The translations under genes and the position numbers were made by a program. A model generated the notes under the pieces. It was not told the DNA's origin. It saw only the letters and a list, made by a program, of their open reading frames with translations, and ran no database searches. Below are positions 56,893-64,000 of a DNA stretch of 64,000 nt, one piece after another (positions within the stretch are counted from its first letter, which is position 1; each line of letters opens with the position of its first letter). The stretch is from a virus. The stretch lies in IMG/VR virus record IMGVR_UViG_3300035494_000146. One strand, given 5' to 3'.

Positions 56893-56903
56893 TATATTTT
56901 ATC
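56893..56903 (+). promoter_or_regulatory. Candidate early promoter motif (TATATTTTATC)
   Basis: In an AT-rich intergenic gap upstream of 56981. Confidence 0.55.
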
Positions 56904-56980
56904 GAAGTGACGTAGCCGGTAAAATCTTATCAGCACGATCTATTATCTGAACCAACAAACCCAATAAGGAAATCAGTACA

Positions 56981-57433
56981 ATGGCTAATACTAACAAATC
57001 CGCTGAAGCTCAAGCCACCGCCATGATCGAGCGCCTGCGTGCCAATACCAAGGCCAATGAAAAGAACGCAGTGGACATGCCGGACGGCTTCGACGTGTTC
57101 AAGGACACTCTACCGAAGGGTGTGACCACTGAACTGCTGGAGAGCATTGCCGAACACCACCGTCAATTCGATGTGGCCTACCAGACCGTGGCCGGTGAAA
57201 CCTGCATCAACCACATGAAGTCCAACAAGGACGTGGCCAATATGGAACACCGCCTCCACACTCCGCTGATCGATTTCGGCTTCAGTGTGGCCCGTCTGGA
57301 CCTCAAGGATGGTCAGAAGCCGACCCGTGAACAAGCACGCTCTTCCTTCGCGTTCCGCCACGAAGTGAAGCTGTCCGACCAACTGTCTGGTGTTGAAGAA
57401 CAACTGCTCAGCCTGTATGACCTGGCTGACTAA
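56981..57433 (+). CDS. Hypothetical protein, probably highly expressed
   Basis: 150 aa, TAAGGA RBS, strongly C-ending codon usage, own promoter motif and terminator. Confidence 0.7.
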   Translation: MANTNKSAEAQATAMIERLRANTKANEKNAVDMPDGFDVFKDTLPKGVTTELLESIAEHHRQFDVAYQTVAGETCINHMKSNKDVANMEHRLHTPLIDFGFSVARLDLKDGQKPTREQARSSFAFRHEVKLSDQLSGVEEQLLSLYDLAD

Positions 57434-57456
57434 CAAGAAACAAAAACAATAACAAC

Positions 57457-57484
57457 GATGGGGATTCGTCCCCATCTTTTTTTT
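57457..57484 (+). terminator. Intrinsic terminator
   Basis: GATGGGGA-TTCG-TCCCCATC plus T tract. Confidence 0.85.
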
Positions 57485-57499
57485 GGGACTGTTTGTACC

Positions 57500-57709
57500 A
57501 TGAGTAAATTGGATTTAACGATTGCCCGCGACATCGTTTTCACAGCTATGTCTGACCTAGAAGCAGGCAAGACTGAGATGGATGGCGTGGTTAAACAACG
57601 ACTAACTGGAACCATCGCTACCATACACCAACTCGACGAGGAAGAGTCTCAAGCACTGCTTGACAAAACTTACCGGCGGGCCAGGCAATCGGTGGGGTGG
57701 TTCTACTAA
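57500..57709 (+). CDS. Small hypothetical protein
   Basis: Start ATG 57500 after the terminator. Confidence 0.5.
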   Translation: MSKLDLTIARDIVFTAMSDLEAGKTEMDGVVKQRLTGTIATIHQLDEEESQALLDKTYRRARQSVGWFY

Positions 57710-57732
57710 CCTATACGGTAGGACAAAACGCC

Positions 57733-57927
57733 ATGAATAAGCAACCGGAGTATCTAACTGAGTCTTGGTCCGACAACCATCAGACCTCAGTTTGCGTTCG
57801 CTCTAAAAACAGAACTTTCAGTCATGACGATATGGAAAGACTGATCAAACACACGGAACCGTTTCAGTATGTCGCATCAAACGGGCTTATGGGCGCCATC
57901 TCTCGACGGGCGGACAGAACACATTGA
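57733..57927 (+). CDS. Small hypothetical protein
   Basis: AGGA RBS before ATG 57733. Confidence 0.5.
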   Translation: MNKQPEYLTESWSDNHQTSVCVRSKNRTFSHDDMERLIKHTEPFQYVASNGLMGAISRRADRTH

Positions 57928-57930
57928 CAC

Positions 57931-57978
57931 AAAAAACAGAGACCGGCAAGTGCCGGTCTCTGGATTCTTTTTTTTTTG
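57931..57978. terminator. Bidirectional terminator
   Basis: A tract - CAGAGACCGGC-AAGT-GCCGGTCTCTG - T tract. Confidence 0.85.
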
Positions 57979-57980
57979 TC

Positions 57981-58835
57981 TTAGCCGACAACAGAAGCCG
58001 CTTTTTCTGCCGCACCGTCGTTCCAACCACCCTTAGTGGCCTGGACGTCTGCATCAATGGCAGACCGTACAGAACGCTGTGCAATGGAGTTGAAACCACC
58101 ACGGTTGGTCTGATCAAGCAGTTCCTGCGCCCACAGTTTCACACCGTAGCTGGTCTGCTGCAGACCGGTGAACTGAATCGGCAGCTCCACTGACTCGCCG
58201 GAAGACTCGGGGTCTTTACGGTAGTCGTCAGGACCGGCGCTTTCCGGCGCCATATTGGTCACCAAAAACGCGTCTTGCACATAGCGGTGCAGCGGGTCCG
58301 GCTCAAAGTAGATCACTGAGCAGGAGTAGAGGTCCGGCAGGGCATCGGTCACTTCAGGGTTGAAGATCGACACCAGCGGCACGCCACTCAGGTGATCACC
58401 CATACCAAAGCGGAGCCAGTGCTCGAACAGGGTACGGAAGTACCGGCCGTACTTTTCCACCGCAGTGTGCGTGATCACGGACTGCGCTTCCACGGTCTTG
58501 GCGAAGTCGGCCTGCTGGTGACCAGACGGACCGATCGGAGTACGAACGAATTCCGCGGTCAGGGCCTTGTTGAGACCATCAACCTTGGTCTGGGTTTCAA
58601 ACCAGGATTTGATGGCTTCCCGGTAAGGCTGCGGGTTGGGCATGTAGGAAATCCACTTGGGATACTCCACAACACGTACCATTACGTTCTTGCGAACATA
58701 GTGCGCGTTCTGGACGTACTTGCCCACGTCGATGAGGGAGCCCATCTGGGCTCCCGGCACGGCGTTTACCATCGGTGCAGTGGCGAACTGGCTGTAGTTC
58801 GGATCCACCAACCGATCACGAAGAGAAGTTGACAT
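57981..58835 (-). CDS. Tail tube protein (phiKZ gp30-like)
   Basis: 284 aa, directly downstream of the sheath; strongly biased codons; EPDPLHRYVQDAFLVTNMAP pattern. Confidence 0.8.
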   Translation of the reverse strand: MSTSLRDRLVDPNYSQFATAPMVNAVPGAQMGSLIDVGKYVQNAHYVRKNVMVRVVEYPKWISYMPNPQPYREAIKSWFETQTKVDGLNKALTAEFVRTPIGPSGHQQADFAKTVEAQSVITHTAVEKYGRYFRTLFEHWLRFGMGDHLSGVPLVSIFNPEVTDALPDLYSCSVIYFEPDPLHRYVQDAFLVTNMAPESAGPDDYRKDPESSGESVELPIQFTGLQQTSYGVKLWAQELLDQTNRGGFNSIAQRSVRSAIDADVQATKGGWNDGAAEKAASVVG

Positions 58836-58838
58836 CGA

Positions 58839-60878
58839 TTAGCCCTCCAGGTTGCGGTGTGCAACCACAGTTGTTTTCATTACGGTCTTCATGACGGCAC
58901 CATACAAGTGCAGGTCCACGGAGATACTGTATCCATTGGACTTGTCCTCCGGAGTGAAGTACGCATCCGGCACGATGGTAACAACGCCGTCGTAAATACC
59001 TTCGGTCTTCTCGGTCAGCTTCCGGTTTACCATGGCCACCACTTCACCATCGGTCATGTCACTGACACCGGTGATCTCAGCCCAGGTTTGTTGTGCCAGG
59101 TAGTTCAAGTGGGCCACGATCAGGGCCACCAGGAAGTTGTTACACACGGAACGGTCGTTCTCGTACACAGTGTACAGGGCCGGGAAGTGGTAGCGGTACT
59201 GGTCATAGGACCGGATACTGATCAGGCCAGTTTCCCAGTCGGAGCTGTACACTTCGTGCGGCTTGTACCGCAGGTTCAGATCGAAGCCTTCGTCAATGAT
59301 TGCCAGCTCGCCGCGGGAGAACTTGTACTCGGACTTAAAGCGACCCTGTCCGGCACCGGCGTAGGAAGCGACCTTGGCGGCCAGTGAGTACGAGGCTGGC
59401 ACATAGTGCTTGTAACCGTTGTTGTGCAGGCGCATGCTGTGGCCGACGACCACGCCACGCATGGTGCCAGTACCATAGCGCACGGACTCAGGATGGGCGC
59501 GCGCCATGGCAGCCACGGCCACCTTCATGGACTCTTCTTCCTGCATGGTGTTGGGACCATGACCATGGATGTGGGTGGACCAGCACACGTTGGTGGTTTT
59601 CAGGCGACCGATGAAGTTACCGATGGCTTCTTTGGTTTCGATACTGAAGCCAGTATCCCAGAAGAAGTTACAGGGGTATTTCAGGATGTTCAGGTAGTTA
59701 ACCTTACCTTCGCCGAACTCCAGCATTTCCCGACGCACTAACGCATCGAACGTTTCGGCGTTCATGGTACCATCGCTACCACCAATCAGGTAGTGGACAT
59801 GGCGCTCGTTCAGGATCTCGCCATCGTTCGCACCGTCGTCCACGACCACACCATTATATGGATTGCCATAGACATCGAGACCACTGAAGATATCGACCAT
59901 ATACGGGTCGGTCAGTTCCGGATCTGCGATTGCAGTGAGTGCCAGGTTAGCGATCAGCTCGAGGTTGTCACGGTAGACGTAGAAGTCTTTAACCGGACCC
60001 AGTTCCGGAGTGTAACCCGTATCCGGATTCATTTTCCGGTAGTTGGCCATGACTACGTCGTCTGCATCCAGTTCCATCCGCATTGGCGCGTAGTACGCAC
60101 CTGGCTTGAACGAGAAGTTCACGGAGGTCTGACCAGACAGCGTACGAATGATAGACGGAGACTGACCTTTGACTCGCTGATCGTAGAACTGGATGGTCAT
60201 GACCCGAGCACCAATGGACGACACGATGTCAGCATTCACCGGCACGGTCGACTTGATGTTGGGACAGGACAGGGAGAAACCGAAGTCGGACGGTTTGGCA
60301 CCAACGTACGGGGCCGGCATATCCAGAATCGGGTAGATCTTGGATACGCCGCCGGACGCATTGGTCAGGGTGCCATCAAACACTTTGCCGGCACGGAACA
60401 GGCCAGACAGCTCGTTGATTTCACCAGCACGCCAGACGATCAACACACCGTCAACTTCGCCTGATTGTTTGGGTTGGCCTTGCGCATCATACTCGATGGA
60501 ACCGTCCGGATTGCGGAGGTAATTCGGTACTTTGGTTTCCAACACCTCTGCAAACAGACGAAACGAGGCGGTGGTGGCGTCATCCGCCACCAGTCGCTGA
60601 ATCATCATTTCGTTCGCTTTACGATTGAACAGTTCAATGTAAGGGGTGTTGATGGTCGCGTACGGGGACTTAGGATCCAGGATCTCATCGCCGAACATTT
60701 TTTTCATGGCATCGCCAGAAACGACGTATGCTTCGCCCGGATCACCTTTGGCGCTGAAGGTAAACATCAGCGGCAGGTGGATCGGGGTACCGGCACGATT
60801 TGCCACCAGCGGGGGGATCGAGCGATCATCCACGCCGTACATCACGTGCTGTGGTGTACCGTTCTTAACTATAGACAT
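58839..60878 (-). CDS. Contractile tail sheath protein (phiKZ gp29-like)
   Basis: 679 aa; N-terminal NGTPQHVMYGVDDRS...PIHLPLMFTFSAKG; C-terminal YPCNFFWDTGF, FPALYTVYENDRS. Confidence 0.85.
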   Translation of the reverse strand: MSIVKNGTPQHVMYGVDDRSIPPLVANRAGTPIHLPLMFTFSAKGDPGEAYVVSGDAMKKMFGDEILDPKSPYATINTPYIELFNRKANEMMIQRLVADDATTASFRLFAEVLETKVPNYLRNPDGSIEYDAQGQPKQSGEVDGVLIVWRAGEINELSGLFRAGKVFDGTLTNASGGVSKIYPILDMPAPYVGAKPSDFGFSLSCPNIKSTVPVNADIVSSIGARVMTIQFYDQRVKGQSPSIIRTLSGQTSVNFSFKPGAYYAPMRMELDADDVVMANYRKMNPDTGYTPELGPVKDFYVYRDNLELIANLALTAIADPELTDPYMVDIFSGLDVYGNPYNGVVVDDGANDGEILNERHVHYLIGGSDGTMNAETFDALVRREMLEFGEGKVNYLNILKYPCNFFWDTGFSIETKEAIGNFIGRLKTTNVCWSTHIHGHGPNTMQEEESMKVAVAAMARAHPESVRYGTGTMRGVVVGHSMRLHNNGYKHYVPASYSLAAKVASYAGAGQGRFKSEYKFSRGELAIIDEGFDLNLRYKPHEVYSSDWETGLISIRSYDQYRYHFPALYTVYENDRSVCNNFLVALIVAHLNYLAQQTWAEITGVSDMTDGEVVAMVNRKLTEKTEGIYDGVVTIVPDAYFTPEDKSNGYSISVDLHLYGAVMKTVMKTTVVAHRNLEG

Positions 60879-60896
60879 GTCTAAAGTCTCCTAATA

Positions 60897-61847
60897 GTGT
60901 TCAAAAACGACATATCGTCATATGTATTTGTTAATTTAAACCAGAGGTTTAATATGAGCTTAGCCCACGCGTACGATTCGAAGCTGACGAAAGGCTTTAA
61001 AGTGTCCGACATCTTGCTGGAAATTTCCAAAAGTCAGCTTAAAATGTCCGGCGACCCGCAACGTGATATTCAGCAAATCACTGAACAGTTTGACGTGTCT
61101 CCTTTTTTTTACCCTCTTTACGATAAAGAGCACGATCGTGTGCACGTTGACATTCGCCCGTTCAGTTCTTTACAACGCGACGGGTCGGTCAAAATCACCA
61201 ACAGCCTCGATGAAGAGTTGTACCAACTGCTGGCCAGACTGGAGTTGGTGTGGAACCGCACCGACCGTCCCGACCAAGTATACAGCTCCCTGATGTTTGC
61301 CAACGAGATCTTCATTCGTTGGCTGTCCGACACCATCGGACGTCGCCATGGTCTCACGCCATATCAATCCAGTCGCCTGACTGCCCTTTGTGGCATGTAC
61401 TGCATTGGCCTTTATCAAAATAACCTGGATGATGAACTGGCCATCGATCGTCACCTCCAGAACCTGACTCGCCACGTACCCGTGGACTTCCAGGTCATGA
61501 AAGAAGTGGCTGAGCGTGTTGAGAACCACTTCCCGCGCGACATCGACGAATTCGTCGAGGCGGTACGTAAGCTTGACCTCGGCCCTCGGCTGAAAGACTT
61601 CAACAGCACCATTCTTTATAACTTGTTGAATGGTAGCTGGTGGGCCAACGTCAACTCGCCGCAACTGGTAGCGTTGGGGCTTGAATACCCTCCCGCCTTT
61701 GCTGGCATGGTATACATGGCGACGCGACACAGCTTTTATAAGCGGACAGCCATCGGCGATCGCACAGACCGTGCGAACCGGGGCTCCAACTACACCAACT
61801 TCCACCGGGCACTGAAACTGCTGATTGAGAAGTACACCACGGAGTAA
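60897..61847 (+). CDS. Conserved virion protein (phiKZ gp28-like by synteny); start may be ATG 60953
   Basis: ORF divergent from the sheath; GAGG RBS before MSLAHAYDS. Confidence 0.6.
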   Translation: MFKNDISSYVFVNLNQRFNMSLAHAYDSKLTKGFKVSDILLEISKSQLKMSGDPQRDIQQITEQFDVSPFFYPLYDKEHDRVHVDIRPFSSLQRDGSVKITNSLDEELYQLLARLELVWNRTDRPDQVYSSLMFANEIFIRWLSDTIGRRHGLTPYQSSRLTALCGMYCIGLYQNNLDDELAIDRHLQNLTRHVPVDFQVMKEVAERVENHFPRDIDEFVEAVRKLDLGPRLKDFNSTILYNLLNGSWWANVNSPQLVALGLEYPPAFAGMVYMATRHSFYKRTAIGDRTDRANRGSNYTNFHRALKLLIEKYTTE

Positions 61848-61851
61848 CCAC

Positions 61852-64000
61852 ATGAAGAACTGGTTAGTCGCACACGCCCACGAACACATCTGGTGTCACC
61901 CGTACAACGACCAGTTGTATCTGGTGGAACCGCGCCGGCTATCTGCCACTCACGGCGAGATGTTCGGCATGATGGTGACTGAGTACAGCATTCGCTTGCC
62001 GAAGAAGCTGACTTGGTTCCATGTGTTTCAACTGGGCAACATTGATCCAGAAGCACTCGGCATTGCACTGGACAACCGGTGGCGTAACCTGAGCGACCTG
62101 GTGAATGCTACCGGAACCCTGTTTAAGCTGTACAACGAAGTGGGTCGGACGCTACCGCTTGGTTACGCCTGGCTGCGTCAATTACCTAACCGCAACGTCA
62201 TCATCGCAGTAGAGATGGTAGAGCAACAAGCAGACTTCTCACATGATCAGCTGTTTATCAGCGTTTATGGTGGTTTCTACCGACAAACCAACAGCTACGA
62301 CGTGCAATTTAACGCCACGGTGAAGGGCGATATTGTTCGTAATCCCGCAGACCGGTTCGCCATGGTTCAGTATTATCAACAACAGCGTATGTTGAGTGGA
62401 CACACTGCCGCTTACATCAACGGTCATTACACCGACAGCCTCAAAGAAACCGACATTACCTTGTGGGATTATGTTGAGGTAGTTCGCGACGGTACTGTCA
62501 GGGCGGCGCATTATTTTAATGTGAATGAACTGCGTACGTTCCACAGCCAGTTGGATGGTCGGCGAAAGTACTTGCTTCACCTGCCAAAGCAAATTACAGA
62601 CATCCATTTCAGTAACGATCTGGAGCTGTACGTTCTCAATAACAATACCGGCCGCATCTACCATCAGCATCGGGCAGACTCATTGCGGCAGGTGACGCAC
62701 AATGACTACGCCATCAGCGTGGCGCGGGTCATGGATTATATCCATCAACTCGACGACTGGCACAACTTGGACGATCTGGACATCCTGGTACTGGTCCGTC
62801 ATAGTGGATTGGAACGACCACTGACGCATGAAGCTCACCGCATTCGCGAGCTATATAAACTGTCAGACGAGCAAATCGTCGAGGCCTTGGTCGGCATGAA
62901 TGCACAAGTGCCAGAATGGCAGGCGGCCACGTTAGAACGATCGGCCTATAACCGCATCATGGCGGCTCGGTACACCACCATCACTAACGAGTTGGCGACC
63001 GAAGCTTATGGCTATAACGCAGTCAGTCGGTATGCGGGCGATACACCACAGCGTCCAGAATTGTTAGGTGGGGTGCTACAAGTCAAGCTTTCGCCGTTGC
63101 TCGCAAAGGTCTGTACCGTTTATGAATACGATGTACAAGGACGTCTACTGGGTTACTATAACCACACATCCGACGTGTCTGACTATTACGTGTGTGCCAA
63201 TGACGACACTGCTCTGGTTGAAGTCATTCAAGGTGAGGGCGGTCAGACGCTAGACATTCGCGAAGGTGCTGACTCTACTGTCCTGGATCGTGCGAACAAC
63301 TACCGGTTCTATCTGAACAAATTGTCCAGCGGCACCCCTACCCAGGTTTACGAGGACGTAACGGGATCTGACGCTTACACGCTGTTGGATGACGGTACCT
63401 TAAGCTGGTCGGTGGACCTGACACGCCGGTTACCTACAGTGGTCAGCGACCTCAAATTCCTCACGTACGGGTTTGAGGCTGATCTGCGCAATGGTTTGAT
63501 TCGATTCACAGTCACACACCTGGTCACGCCCACACTGGCGATGCCGATGCCGTTTGTTCCGGAAACGGTGGAGTTGTGGATGAATGGACATGCCTTGATC
63601 CAAGACATCGATTACCACATTGAGTGGCCTGAGATCATCGTTTACAACAAGACCTACCTAGAGGATGGTAACATGCAATACCGTCCATGGATTGACGTGC
63701 GATGTCGTGGTCTTGCTGACACCATCCGTAAGGCAGAAACCGGGTTTGTGGTGAATGGCTTACTGAGTAACAACACCGAGTATGATTTGCGCGACGACAA
63801 GGTGGTGCGGGTTACCGTAGGTGGCGGCGTGTTCCATCGCGACAACCTCCAGTTCCGTGAGGATCATCTGGTGGGTATCGACAGCAACCTCAACGGTCTT
63901 CCTTACTCTGTAGACGACCCAACAGTTCCGCTACGTGGGCTAGTATCGGCAGACACCTACCAATACCGTGACGTTAGTCGCGAGCTCGATAAACGGGTAG
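61852..64000 (+). CDS. Large conserved virion/baseplate protein (phiKZ gp27-like), partial; missing from ORF track
   Basis: ATG 61852 after GGAG; MKNWLVAHAHEHIWCHPYNDQ...; frame runs off the window end (checked at both ends only). Confidence 0.7.
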   Translation, partial: MKNWLVAHAHEHIWCHPYNDQLYLVEPRRLSATHGEMFGMMVTEYSIRLPKKLTWFHVFQLGNIDPEALGIALDNRWRNLSDLVNATGTLFKLYNEVGRTLPLGYAWLRQLPNRNVIIAVEMVEQQADFSHDQLFISVYGGFYRQTNSYDVQFNATVKGDIVRNPADRFAMVQYYQQQRMLSGHTAAYINGHYTDSLKETDITLWDYVEVVRDGTVRAAHYFNVNELRTFHSQLDGRRKYLLHLPKQITDIHFSNDLELYVLNNNTGRIYHQHRADSLRQVTHNDYAISVARVMDYIHQLDDWHNLDDLDILVLVRHSGLERPLTHEAHRIRELYKLSDEQIVEALVGMNAQVPEWQAATLERSAYNRIMAARYTTITNELATEAYGYNAVSRYAGDTPQRPELLGGVLQVKLSPLLAKVCTVYEYDVQGRLLGYYNHTSDVSDYYVCANDDTALVEVIQGEGGQTLDIREGADSTVLDRANNYRFYLNKLSSGTPTQVYEDVTGSDAYTLLDDGTLSWSVDLTRRLPTVVSDLKFLTYGFEADLRNGLIRFTVTHLVTPTLAMPMPFVPETVELWMNGHALIQDIDYHIEWPEIIVYNKTYLEDGNMQYRPWIDVRCRGLADTIRKAETGFVVNGLLSNNTEYDLRDDKVVRVTVGGGVFHRDNLQFREDHLVGIDSNLNGLPYSVDDPTVPLRGLVSADTYQYRDVSRELDKRV

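Noticed and set aside
1-64000. tRNA genes, CRISPR arrays, inteins, IS elements
   Set aside because: No cloverleaf, spaced direct repeats, intein splice motifs or transposase motifs noticed by eye; tRNAscan, CRISPR and intein searches would be needed to exclude them fully.

Overview
A 64-kb internal segment of a phiKZ-like jumbo myophage (Chimalliviridae-type gene set). From left to right it holds three paralogous tail-fibre genes (the first truncated by the window edge), a baseplate spike, SbcC ATPase, a macrodomain protein, a signal-peptide lytic transglycosylase endolysin, an i-/o-spanin pair, a DEDD exonuclease, RNase H, UvsX, a SLOG protein, the C-terminal beta piece of the virion RNA polymerase (vRNAP), a NADAR protein, a baseplate hub-like protein, a 2369-aa tape-measure/lytic transglycosylase protein, the vRNAP beta' and beta genes, a further beta'-like piece, the prohead protease, a small accessory island (HAD nucleotidase, secreted HNH nuclease), the tail tube and sheath, and conserved virion proteins. 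The main result is that both large vRNAP genes are interrupted by ORF-less group I introns (45156-45624, 469 nt; 48857-49326, 470 nt). The first splits the catalytic ADFDGD motif and the second splits the HDDxKR motif. Both introns carry the same ~93-nt multibranch RNA domain in P5, conserved by compensatory base changes, which I cannot match to any RNA family I know. A recurring TATATnTnATY motif upstream of non-structural genes is a candidate early promoter. All protein assignments come from motifs read by eye and from synteny with phiKZ-like phages; no database searches were run.
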